Positions 26,927 to 35,395 are shown, numbered from the stretch's first letter. The stretch is DNA of 64,000 nucleotides from Dehalococcoidia bacterium (GCA_009693045.1 SHXZ01000003.1:53092-117091), one strand, 5' to 3'. Translations and numbers: made by a program. Notes: generated by a model not told the origin, from the sequence alone.

Positions 26927-26940
26927 AGAACGCAAGTTCG
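26927..26940. promoter_or_regulatory. candidate LexA (Cheo-type) box GAAC-N4-GTTC
   Basis: aGAACgcaaGTTCg lies immediately downstream of the putative -10, in the divergent recA / rplI-dnaB intergenic region. Confidence 0.35.
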
Positions 26941-26967
26941 ATTCCGAGTCCGGAGTGAGGTGTCTCC

Positions 26968-27519
26968 ATGCGTGTCCGGCTACTGTTTCTCCAGGATGTG
27001 CTCCCCCGCTACCGGGCGGGCGAGGTGCGCGAGGTTACGCGCGGCTACGCCCGCAACTACCTCATCCCGCACGGGTTCGCCGTTCCGGCCACCAAGGACC
27101 AGCTCAACCGAATTGAGAAGGTCAAGTCGGTCGCTGCGGAACACAGGAAGGTCGAGTCCGTACGCATGGGCGACCTCGCGGGGCTGCTCCAGGGCGCGTC
27201 CATCACCATCCGCATGCGCTCCGGCGAGGGCGGCAGGCTGTACGGCGCCGTCACCAACATGCTGCTGGCTGAGGAGTTGAAGAAGGCCGTCGGTATTGAC
27301 GTGGACCGCCGCCAGATTGACCTGCGGGAACCCATCCGCGCGATCGGGACGTTCCTGGTGCCGGTGCGTCTGGGCGAGAACCACACCCCAACTATCACCG
27401 TCACGGTGGAGTCCAGCACCCAGTTTGGCCAGGCAGCGACCCCGGTGGCTGCCGCGCCGACCGCAACCGCGGCTGCGGATCAGCCTCAGGACGCGGGTCC
27501 GACCGAGAACGCAACCTAA
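26968..27519 (+). CDS. rplI: 50S ribosomal protein L9
   Basis: MRVRLLFLQDVLPRYRAGEVREVTRGYARNYLIPHGFAVPATK.. is the canonical L9 N-terminus. It has an Ala/Pro-rich C-terminal extension. Confidence 0.9.
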   Translation: MRVRLLFLQDVLPRYRAGEVREVTRGYARNYLIPHGFAVPATKDQLNRIEKVKSVAAEHRKVESVRMGDLAGLLQGASITIRMRSGEGGRLYGAVTNMLLAEELKKAVGIDVDRRQIDLREPIRAIGTFLVPVRLGENHTPTITVTVESSTQFGQAATPVAAAPTATAAADQPQDAGPTENAT

Positions 27520-27653
27520 GGGGCGGGTCGGGGCCCGCCCCCGCAAACGGTGGCCCTGACCAGTCCGGCGCAGAGGCCGACAAAGCACAGGGCCGTCCGC
27601 TGTCGTAGTCCAGGCGCTTCACGAGATGGCGCCTACCGTAGTTCGCTGACGTC

Positions 27654-29045
27654 ATGGCATCTGGGGGGTACCCAATGGTGTACGCAGAGAGGGTGCTGCC
27701 CAACAGCATAGAGGCCGAGGAGGGCGTGATCGGTTCCCTGCTGCTTGACAGCGAGGGGATCATCAAAGTCGCCGAAGTCCTCCGTCCCGCCTACTTCTTT
27801 AACGAGACCACCCGCCGCTGCTACGAGGCGTGCCTTACCATCTTCCAGCGCAGCGGGACCGTTGACCAGCTCACCGTGGCGGACGAGCTTGACCGCCGCG
27901 GCTGGCTCGCGGACGTGGGTGGTCATGCGTATCTCAGTAGCCTCATCGCCGCACTGCCCACGTCGCTGCACGTCGAGGAATACGCCAAGATCGTCTCGCG
28001 CATGGCGCTCCTGCGAGGCCTCATCAATGCCGCCTCGGAGATCGCCGCTCTCGCCTACGAAGGCCCGGTTGACTCTGAGAAGGCCTTGGAGCAGTCCGAA
28101 GCCGTTCTGTATCGCCTCCGCACCGACTACCCCTTCCGCCAGTTCGTCCCACTTCGGGAAGTGCTGGACAAGTTCCTCGCGGACATGTCCAACGCCACGC
28201 TGGCCGGCCCCCTGCAGACGGGCGCCGCGCCCATCCCCACCGGCCTCTCGGACCTGGACCAACTCCTCGGCGGGCTCCAACGCGCCGACCTCGTCATCCT
28301 GGCGGCGCGGCCCAGCGTCGGCAAGAGCGCGCTGGCCGTCAACATCGCGCGCAACGCCGCCGCCCAGGGCGCCGTCGTCGGCTTGTTCAGCCTGGAGATG
28401 GGCAAGGAGCAGATCGCCCACCGCCTGCTGGCCTCGGAGACGGGCATCGACACGCACCGGCTCCGCCTCCACCTGTACAGCCAGGAGGAGGAGCGCCGCC
28501 TCATTGACGCGGTGGGCCGCCTCTCCGACCTCAAGATCTTCATTGACGATACGCCCATGCAGACAATGGTAGGCCTGCGCTCTCGGGCGCGTTTACTCCA
28601 ATTCCAGCACCATGTGGACCTGATGGTGGTGGACTACCTGCAGCTCATCCAGGGGCCGAGCAACCGCCCGGAGAACCGGGTGCAGGAGATCAGCGAGATA
28701 TCGCGCTCGCTCAAGATGCTGGCGCGATGGCTCAACGTGCCGGTGCTGGCGTGCTCCCAGCTCAGCCGCGCCGTGGAGATGCGCACCGGCCACCGCCCGC
28801 AGCTCAGCGACCTGCGTGACAGCGGCTCCATTGAGCAGGACGCGGACGTGGTGATGTTCATCCACCGCGAGGACATGTACATGCAGCAGGAGGAGTGGGA
28901 GCTGCGCAACCCCGACCGGCCGTACCCGAAAGACCTGGCGGAGATCATCGTGGCGAAGCACCGCAACGGGCCGGTGGGCAGCCTGTTCCTCCGCTTCAAC
29001 GGCAAGCTGGCGCGCTTTGAGGACTACTCCGCTGTTACGGAATAA
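27654..29045 (+). CDS. dnaB: replicative DNA helicase DnaB
   Basis: ..LPNSIEAEEGVIGSLLLD.., Walker A AARPSVGKSALA, ..VVDYLQLI.. and ..SQLSRAVE... The start could be the Met at 27675. Confidence 0.95.
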   Translation: MASGGYPMVYAERVLPNSIEAEEGVIGSLLLDSEGIIKVAEVLRPAYFFNETTRRCYEACLTIFQRSGTVDQLTVADELDRRGWLADVGGHAYLSSLIAALPTSLHVEEYAKIVSRMALLRGLINAASEIAALAYEGPVDSEKALEQSEAVLYRLRTDYPFRQFVPLREVLDKFLADMSNATLAGPLQTGAAPIPTGLSDLDQLLGGLQRADLVILAARPSVGKSALAVNIARNAAAQGAVVGLFSLEMGKEQIAHRLLASETGIDTHRLRLHLYSQEEERRLIDAVGRLSDLKIFIDDTPMQTMVGLRSRARLLQFQHHVDLMVVDYLQLIQGPSNRPENRVQEISEISRSLKMLARWLNVPVLACSQLSRAVEMRTGHRPQLSDLRDSGSIEQDADVVMFIHREDMYMQQEEWELRNPDRPYPKDLAEIIVAKHRNGPVGSLFLRFNGKLARFEDYSAVTE

Positions 29046-29176
29046 TCCCCAGTATCCACCGAGTGTTTTTGCCGCCAAAATTCCTGCACAATCTGCGGAT
29101 AGGTCCAGCGCATAGGCTCCATGGAAACGCCGTTTCGTTTCTTCATATTTTGAGGTTACCGCTAGCACTTGGCATT

Positions 29177-29212
29177 CCCTCTCCCCTTGTGGGAGAGGGT
29201 TAGGGTGAGGGG
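29177..29212. repeat. family C hairpin repeat
   Basis: ccctctccccttgtgggagagggttagggtgagggg, between dnaB and the loader gene. Confidence 0.75.
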
Positions 29213-29226
29213 TCTGACCAACTGTC

Positions 29227-30636
29227 ATGGAAAAGCTCGGCGACGTGCTCAACAAGCTCCGTTTGAAGGGTGCCGCGGCCCCAAACGGTACGCCGCTGCC
29301 TGATCTTCCCGCCGAACAGGCCCCCGCGCCCCCCTGCCCGCGCTGCCACGGCCTCGGCTGGGTGCGCCACCAGGTGCCCGTCACTCACCCCGACTTCGGC
29401 AAAGTCTTCCCCTGCGCCTGCCAGCTTGGGCAGATGCAGTCCACGCGCAACGCCGATCTGCTCCGCTACAGCGGCCTGCAACACATGGCCCGCTTCACGT
29501 TTGCGACATTGGCGCCAGAGGGCAAGGGGCAGTCGCTGGAGGAACGGCGGCAGTTCCAGAAGGCCCTCGCCGCTGCGCAGGCGTACGCCAAAGAGCCGAC
29601 GGGCTGGCTCGTGCTCACCGGCCCCAGCGGGTGCGGCAAGACCCACCTGGCGGCGGCCATCGCACACCGGCTTCTGGAGAACGGACGCCAGGCGTTCTTC
29701 GCCTCGGTGCCCGACCTGCTGGACCAGTTCCGCGCCAGCTTCTCGCCCTCCAGCGACGCCTCGGCGCCCTACAGCGACCTGTTCCAGCGCGTCGCCAACG
29801 CGCCGGTGCTGGCGCTGGACGACCTGGGCGCGCACAGCGGCACGCCCTGGGCGCAGGAGAAGCTGCTGCAGCTGCTCAACCAGCGGTACAACCTGCTGCT
29901 GCCCACGGTCATCACGCTCAGCGTGCCGCTCTCGCAGCTTGACGAGCGGCTGCGCTCGCGACTGGGCGACGCGACGGTGGCGAGGGTGGTGGAGGTCGCG
30001 ACGCGGCGAGACGAGGTGCGGGTGTGCATCGGGCGGAGCGAGGAGAGCCTGGCGGGGATGCGCTTCGCGACGTTTGAGACGAGGCGGCCCGGCGACGACG
30101 CCACGGACGAGAAGCGCCTTGGCCGCGCGCTGGCCCTCTGCGAGCAGTTCGCGGAGACGCCGCTGGGGTGGTTCCTGCTCATCGGCCCAACACTGCAGGG
30201 CAAGACGCATCTGCTGGCCTCGGTGTTCAACGAGCGCAAGGATTCCGACCAGCCGGTGGCCTACGCGTGGGTGCCGGCGCTGCTGGAGGAGCTGCGCAGC
30301 ACGTTCAGCCCCGGCAGCGAGGTGGCCTACAGCGAGCTGTTTGACCGCGTGAAGAACGCGCCGGTGCTGCTGCTGGACGACCTGGGCTCGGAGCACGCCA
30401 CGCTCTGGGCGCAAGAGAAGCTGTACCAGCTCCTGGTGCACCGCCACGACGCCTGGCTCCCGACCGTGGTCGCGACGCACCTCACAGAGCCGGAACTGCG
30501 GGACGGCCTGCCTGCGGCGCTGGTCTCGCGCCTGCTGAACGAGACGAAGGTGGAGATCCTTCCCATCGGCGTGTTTGAGGCGCGCGGCGTGCGGCGGGGC
30601 CCGCCGCGGCCGACGCAGCGCCGAGGACGAGGGTAG
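29227..30636 (+). CDS. DnaC/DnaI-like helicase loader with tandemly duplicated AAA+ module and N-terminal Cys cluster
   Basis: Track ORF of 469 aa. The N-terminus has CPRCHGLGW..FPCAC. Module 1 has GPSGCGKTHL and VLALDDLG. Module 2 has GPTLQGKTHL and VLLLDDLG. The two modules align (..FRASFSP..YSDLFQRVANAPVLALDDLGAHSGTPWAQEKLLQLLNQRY versus ..LRSTFSP..YSELFDRVKNAPVLLLDDLGSEHATLWAQEKLYQLLVHRH). Confidence 0.8.
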   Translation: MEKLGDVLNKLRLKGAAAPNGTPLPDLPAEQAPAPPCPRCHGLGWVRHQVPVTHPDFGKVFPCACQLGQMQSTRNADLLRYSGLQHMARFTFATLAPEGKGQSLEERRQFQKALAAAQAYAKEPTGWLVLTGPSGCGKTHLAAAIAHRLLENGRQAFFASVPDLLDQFRASFSPSSDASAPYSDLFQRVANAPVLALDDLGAHSGTPWAQEKLLQLLNQRYNLLLPTVITLSVPLSQLDERLRSRLGDATVARVVEVATRRDEVRVCIGRSEESLAGMRFATFETRRPGDDATDEKRLGRALALCEQFAETPLGWFLLIGPTLQGKTHLLASVFNERKDSDQPVAYAWVPALLEELRSTFSPGSEVAYSELFDRVKNAPVLLLDDLGSEHATLWAQEKLYQLLVHRHDAWLPTVVATHLTEPELRDGLPAALVSRLLNETKVEILPIGVFEARGVRRGPPRPTQRRGRG

Positions 30637-30646
30637 ACTAAAACCT

Positions 30647-31022
30647 CCCACATTCCCCCTCTCCATACGATGGAGAGGGGGAATGTGGGCTGATTGGAAG
30701 GCGCTCCGAGTTGATTCGGGGCGCTTTGAAATTTTTGGCGTGCTCGGTGCTGGCGTAGCGGCGGTATGGATGGCGAATGCGTCGATTTTTTCGGTGGGCT
30801 TTTCGTTTGCTGAATTTGAAGGAACGAATCCGAGGACGAACATCACCCCGCTACCCTCTCCCTGTGGGAGAGGGTAGCGGGGTTTAGGCGGGTGGACTGG
30901 ATGGCGATGGTGGTGGTCATAGGCGTAGGATAGGACTGGTGTTCTACTTTGCGCAAGGGACGGATGGCAGTGACCTCTCCCCCCTTCCCTCCCCGGCGCG
31001 GGGAGGGAAGGGGTTGCGGGGG
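30647..31022. repeat. cluster of three long family C hairpins with AT-richer spacers
   Basis: 30647..30689 is CCCACATTCCCCCTCTCCAT-acg-ATGGAGAGGGGGAATGTGGG (20-bp stem). 30846..30882 is CCCCGCTACCCTCTCCC-tgt-GGGAGAGGGTAGCGGGG. 30981..31013 is CCCCTTCCCTCCCCG-gcg-CGGGGAGGGAAGGGG. Confidence 0.85.
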
Positions 31023-31346
31023 ACGGGGGCACGCCGAGGGACTGCTAGCCCATCGGGCTCCCCGAGCACTGGGAGCGAACGGAGTAGGGTAGGGCGGGGG
31101 TGGAGGTTCGGGGAAGGAGCGGATGGCCAGGGAATAGCCCGCTCCGCCCTCTGCTCTCTCTTCACGATAGGAACGCGCGCGCCCCAAGGCTGCGCCCTTG
31201 CGAGTGCGCGCCCCGTGTACTACCCTGCCCTCATGCGCTTCGTTGCGTCCCTGGCGAACACGCGAAAGCGTAGTGCGTTCCGTTTTTAGAGAGCATGTGG
31301 GCGGCGTGACCATGCGCGGCCTATCGCTGCGACAAAAGGAGCATGG

Positions 31347-31685
31347 ATGAGCGAACAGTTGCCCACCTGCGTCTTCTGCCAGATCGCCGCCAAGCAGTCG
31401 CCCGCCACCATCCGGTACGAGGACGACGACGTCATCGCGTTTGACAACCGGCTGACGTGGGTGCCGGTCATGGTCCTGGTCATCCCCAAACTGCACATGC
31501 GCCAGGAGGAGCTGTGGGCCAGCCCGATTATGGCAAAGATCGGCGCCGTGGCCGCAGAGCTGGGTACTCAGCTCTGCCCGGGCGGGTACCGGATGCTGTC
31601 CAACGTGGGCAGGCACGCCCACCAAAGCCAGCCGCACGGCCACCTGCACGTGCTGGGCGGGACGGACCTTGGGCTGTACGCGTAG
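31347..31685 (+). CDS. HIT family (histidine triad) protein
   Basis: Track ORF of 112 aa with SD AAGGAG and the triad ..HQSQPHGHLHVLGG... Confidence 0.85.
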   Translation: MSEQLPTCVFCQIAAKQSPATIRYEDDDVIAFDNRLTWVPVMVLVIPKLHMRQEELWASPIMAKIGAVAAELGTQLCPGGYRMLSNVGRHAHQSQPHGHLHVLGGTDLGLYA

Positions 31686-31776
31686 GACTGAGGCACAGCT
31701 GGGAAACATTGGAACGTACGCCTTTGGAGCACGGCCGTCGCTGCTGCGTGCCGTCTCTCCGCCGCTCCCTACTTCA

Positions 31777-31959
31777 CTACTGCCGCAGCGCGGGAGGCAG
31801 CAGATTGGGGATGCTCTCCTGGATGAGGTAGGTCTCCTTGCACGCCGCGCACACCAGCGCGCCCGTGACGACCTCCCCCTCCTGCTCCTTCTCCACCGTC
31901 AGCGTCAGCGGCCCCTTGCAAACCGGGCACGCCAGGATGTCCATCAGGTCACGACGCAT
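31777..31959 (-). CDS. Trm112-family small zinc-ribbon protein (UPF0434/YcaR-like)
   Basis: MRRDLMDILACPVCKGPLTL...LVCAACKETYLIQESIPNLLP shows the typical Trm112 pattern. Confidence 0.8.
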   Translation of the reverse strand: MRRDLMDILACPVCKGPLTLTVEKEQEGEVVTGALVCAACKETYLIQESIPNLLPPALRQ

Positions 31960-32001
31960 GGCCCCCTCCGTCTCGGATGTCGTGGATGCGCTACCACCAT
32001 T

Positions 32002-32787
32002 CTATCGCGCCGCCTCACCGCCGCCGAGCTTCACGGCACCGAACACCACGTGCAGCGGTATCTGCTTGATCCACTCGCCCTCGGTGTCGTTCTGGAGGAA
32101 CTCCTCGGTCGGCGCCGGCTCCTCCAGCGCCGTCACGGCCAGGCCCGTCGCCGACAGCGCCCGCACGTACCAGGAGAGGGGCCGGTGGTACCACCGCGTG
32201 TGCCATATCTCGCCAGGCCCCACGCGCCAGAAGAATGTGCTCTCAAACGGCTCGCGGTACCGGCCGACTTTGCGCGACACCTGCGTCGCCGGGCCTATCC
32301 TCTCCACGAGCCACGCCGAGTGCTCGCCCTGCTCAAAGCATGGGTGGACGATGCTTGCGACGAGCCTACCGCCGGGCAGCAGCACGCGCGAGACCTCGCG
32401 CAGCGCGCCCTCCACGTCCGCGATGTCCATGAGCGCCATGTTGCACACCACGGTGTCAAACGCGCCGTCCTGAAGCGGCGTCAAGCGGGCTGCGTCGGCT
32501 GCGTGGTAGACAATGCCCAACGGCTCCCGCGCCTCACGCTCCCGCGCCCTGACGAGCATCCCCTCGGCGCCGTCCACGCCCGTGACCCAGGCGCCGCTCC
32601 GCGCGAGCTGCCTGGACAGCGCGCCGTTGCCGCACGCGAGGTCCAACACTCGCTTCCCGGCCACGTCGCCGAGCACGCGGAGCACCGTGGGGTTGATGAG
32701 CGCGCGGTGCCACAGGTCGCCCTCGTCGCCCTGCTTGGCGTCAAAGTACTCGGCGATCCCCTCCCAGGTCATCACGTGGTCCGCCAT
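32002..32787 (-). CDS. class I SAM-dependent methyltransferase
   Basis: Track ORF 32002..33096. I place the start at Met 32787 (MADHVMTWEG..). Motif I is VLDLACGNG. The upstream part of the track ORF is Arg/Trp-rich and overlaps the neighbouring gene. Confidence 0.8.
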   Translation of the reverse strand: MADHVMTWEGIAEYFDAKQGDEGDLWHRALINPTVLRVLGDVAGKRVLDLACGNGALSRQLARSGAWVTGVDGAEGMLVRAREREAREPLGIVYHAADAARLTPLQDGAFDTVVCNMALMDIADVEGALREVSRVLLPGGRLVASIVHPCFEQGEHSAWLVERIGPATQVSRKVGRYREPFESTFFWRVGPGEIWHTRWYHRPLSWYVRALSATGLAVTALEEPAPTEEFLQNDTEGEWIKQIPLHVVFGAVKLGGGEAAR

Positions 32788-32812
32788 GGCGCCCTCCCGC
32801 GAGTTATCGCCG

Positions 32813-33361
32813 CTACCCACCCTGCCGGAGCGTTTGCTCAAAGAGCGCGCGCAGCAAGTCCGAGAGCACAAATACGACCACACCCAGCACCGCCACCAGG
32901 TTCGTCCAGGCGAGCGCCCGTCCTGCGCACGCCCACCACGGTGCGGGCCCCACTGACGACGCCGCTTCCGCCATCGGCGGCCGGCTTCCGCGCAGCCGGC
33001 TGTGCGCCAGGAAAAACATCCACAAGCTGAGCGCCACCTTCGCGGCGAGCACGCCGACGTACACCGCTCCGATGCGCGGCGTCGTGAGCCGGTCAAACGC
33101 CAGCACCGCGCCCGTGAGCACCAGGACGAGGATGGCCGTATCCACCGCGGCGCGGAACTCCTGCCGAGCGCGGCGCTGCACCGCCTCGCCCTCGGCGCCC
33201 TCGGCGCGCGCGGCGGGACGCAGCACGATCAGGTAGAAGATGCTGCCACCGACCCACACCACCGCCGCCAGCAGGTGGAGCCACCGCACGACGAGCAGGA
33301 ACCCCTCGCCGACGGTCACCTCTCCAGCCCCCGGCGAAGCCGCAGGACCGTCACCGTACAT
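32813..33361 (-). CDS. integral membrane protein (CopD-like, function uncertain)
   Basis: Track ORF of 182 aa with about 4 hydrophobic helices (..VVRWLHLLAAVVWVGGSIFYLIVLRP..). It is upstream of the methyltransferase in the same orientation, with a 25-nt gap. Confidence 0.6.
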   Translation of the reverse strand: MYGDGPAASPGAGEVTVGEGFLLVVRWLHLLAAVVWVGGSIFYLIVLRPAARAEGAEGEAVQRRARQEFRAAVDTAILVLVLTGAVLAFDRLTTPRIGAVYVGVLAAKVALSLWMFFLAHSRLRGSRPPMAEAASSVGPAPWWACAGRALAWTNLVAVLGVVVFVLSDLLRALFEQTLRQGG

Positions 33362-33469
33362 GCGCCCAAGGCGCGGAAGTCAACCAATAAGCACGTCGTC
33401 ACGCCTATCAGGGTATCACGGCGACGCCCTCACAATCCCCACCCTCAGTAGCCGGTGTAACCAACAAAA

Positions 33470-33506
33470 GGGTACTCCGAGGGGTTGCGAACCCCTCGGA
33501 GTACCC
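33470..33506 (-). terminator. intrinsic terminator-like hairpin immediately after the sbcD stop
   Basis: GGGTACTCCGAGGGGTT-gcg-AACCCCTCGGAGTACCC forms a 17-bp perfect stem. On the minus strand it is followed by TTTTGTTGGTT. Confidence 0.6.
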
Positions 33507-33507
33507 A

Positions 33508-34845
33508 TCATCCCCGCTCCCGCGCCTGCTCCTCCTGGATGAGCTGCCGCCCGGCCTCCAGCGCCCGCGCGCGCACCGCCTCGCTCGAGCCCTTCCGCGT
33601 CTCCAGGTAGCGGCGCAGCGCCTCCTCCGGCGTCAGGCTGGAGGCGGGCATGCCGAGCCGGGGCCGCTGGTCGCGCGCCACGTCCCGCGCGATGGCGGCC
33701 ACGTGGTGCGCCGACGCCAACGCCTGCCGCACAGCTCGCTCGTCCACGCCGCGCACGGCCGCCTCCGGCCCGGCGATGCGTACGCGCACCACGGCGTCGC
33801 GGACGTGCTTCCTGCCGATGGCCTCCAGCACGCGCTGCGTCGGCGATACGTCCTCCGCGTCCAGGGTCACGTCCACCGTCACGAAGCTGCGCGCCTGCAC
33901 CGCCACGAACTCCCACCTAACCGTTCGTCCTGAGCCACCGTAGGGGCGACCCGGCGGGTCGCCCCTACCAGAAATCTCCACCACGCAGAAGCCCTTCTCC
34001 TCCACCTCCTCGCCGAAGTCCACGCGCTGCAGGCTGCCCGCGTACACCACCGGCGGCGCGCCACCGCCGAGGACCTGATGGCGGTGCAGGTGCCCCAGCG
34101 CCACGTAATCCACGCCCGGCAGCGCCAGCGCGCTCCGCGTCAGCACGTGGTCACGGCCCAGCGCCATGGACTGCTCCGAGCCGCCCACACCGCCCATCAC
34201 CGTCACGTGGCCCGCGACGACCGCGGGCAGCGACGGGTCCAGCCGCGCCGCCTCGGCCATCACCAGCTCCGTCAGCCGGTCCTGCACGAACTGCGCCAGC
34301 TCCTCCTGCGACTTCCCGCGATGCTCCTCGGCGGCGAGGAACGCGCCGCGCCGCACCCACGGCACGGCGACGATCTGCAGCGGCCCGCTCCGCGTCTCCA
34401 TCCGGTGCGTCGCCACGCGGTCGGCGACGACGACCTGCGGCACCGCCAAAGTGGGAAAAATGTCCAGCGCGGTGGCCCGCCCCAGGCTGTGGGGCTGGTC
34501 GTGGTTGCCGACGAGCAGGAACACGGGGATGCCCGCCTGCGCCAGCCTCGCCACGCGCCGCGCGAACTCGCGCTGCTGCGTCTGCGAGGGGTCGCGGCTC
34601 TTGTACGCGTCGCCGCAGAACAGCGCCAGGTCAACGCGGCGCTCCACGGCGTACGCGACGACCTGGTCCAGCGCGGCGAGGAAGTCCAGCAGCCGCGTGG
34701 AGAGGCCGCTGTACGTGCGGAGTCGCTGCTCCGGCGACAGCTCCGGCGCGAAGTGCGCGGGCAACGCGGCCACGTCGGCCTCCGTGGCGGGCCGCCCGTA
34801 GCTCTCCACGCCAATGTGGACGTCCGCGAAGTGAAGGATGCGCAT
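33508..34845 (-). CDS. sbcD: exonuclease SbcD / Mre11-family nuclease subunit
   Basis: MRILHFADVHIG.., ..GDAYKSRDP.., ..VGNHD.. and ..GHLH.. are metallophosphoesterase motifs. No sbcC/rad50-like gene is adjacent. Confidence 0.85.
   Translation of the reverse strand: MRILHFADVHIGVESYGRPATEADVAALPAHFAPELSPEQRLRTYSGLSTRLLDFLAALDQVVAYAVERRVDLALFCGDAYKSRDPSQTQQREFARRVARLAQAGIPVFLLVGNHDQPHSLGRATALDIFPTLAVPQVVVADRVATHRMETRSGPLQIVAVPWVRRGAFLAAEEHRGKSQEELAQFVQDRLTELVMAEAARLDPSLPAVVAGHVTVMGGVGGSEQSMALGRDHVLTRSALALPGVDYVALGHLHRHQVLGGGAPPVVYAGSLQRVDFGEEVEEKGFCVVEISGRGDPPGRPYGGSGRTVRWEFVAVQARSFVTVDVTLDAEDVSPTQRVLEAIGRKHVRDAVVRVRIAGPEAAVRGVDERAVRQALASAHHVAAIARDVARDQRPRLGMPASSLTPEEALRRYLETRKGSSEAVRARALEAGRQLIQEEQARERG
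33921..33968. repeat. family D + family B repeat copy embedded in frame within sbcD
   Basis: ccgttcgtcctgagccacc-GTAGGGGCGACccggcGGGTCGCCCCTAC. On the coding strand it is translated as ..GRGDPPGRPYGGSGRT... Confidence 0.8.
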
Positions 34846-34878
34846 GGGGGTATTGTAGGGGACGCCGAGCCTAAAATG

Positions 34879-34907
34879 CCGTTCGTCCTGAGCCTGTCGA
34901 AGGATGA
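34879..34907. repeat. family D repeat unit
   Basis: ccgttcgtcctgagcctgtcgaaggatga, just upstream of the sbcD start. Confidence 0.65.
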
Positions 34908-35011
34908 ATAGCAGGGATTACGCCAGAGGGTCGTGACCCTCTGGACTCCCGAACACTACCAGTGCTTGCGCAAAGTCACGCTGCGCCTGCGCAAACCAGT
35001 CGCGAGAGCGG

Positions 35012-35362
35012 TCAACCACCGTTAGCCTCCCGCGCGTTTTTCCGCGCTTCCTCGAGACGTTGGTCTTCCTGTTCTCGCAGGGCGATGAACTCAGCAAGCA
35101 TGGGTTGCAACTCGCGCGCGGACTCCAGCGAGATGCTTCCTTCGTCCCAATGCCCGTAGCTGTATCGGCTCCGAGCACCAAAGATGTACCGCAGCGCAAG
35201 CCAGCACCGCTTCGGGAAGCCGTGTAGCTGGTTGAGCTGCACGCTTATGTAAAGCTCCGCGTCGTCGTCGTCCCACTCGTCAAGAATAAACTCCATCTGG
35301 TGGGACGGATCCTGGCATTCGCATAACGTTGAGAGTCGCCTGCGTGGCTCGGTCGTGGTCAT
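35012..35362 (-). CDS. hypothetical protein (116 aa)
   Basis: This is part of track ORF 35012..35560. I place the start at Met 35362 (MTTTEPRRRLSTL..) with SD GGAGAGGTG. The segment has somewhat lower GC, and I recognise no family. Confidence 0.5.
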   Translation of the reverse strand: MTTTEPRRRLSTLCECQDPSHQMEFILDEWDDDDAELYISVQLNQLHGFPKRCWLALRYIFGARSRYSYGHWDEGSISLESARELQPMLAEFIALREQEDQRLEEARKNAREANGG

Positions 35363-35395
35363 CACCTCTCCTCTCTCCCACCGGGACGGCCCGCA

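Noticed and set aside
31085-31135. SRP (4.5S) RNA-like motif ggttcggggaaggagcggatggccaggg.
   Set aside because: It resembles GGUCCGGAAGGAAGCAGCC only superficially. The conserved AGCA/GGAA asymmetric-loop residues and the complementary 3' strand are missing.
33416-33916. Search for an sbcC/rad50 partner of sbcD in the flanks, including track ORF 33416..33916(-).
   Set aside because: That ORF is an out-of-frame Arg/Gly/Ala-rich shadow of sbcD. No Walker-A/coiled-coil ATPase gene is present within several kb on either side.
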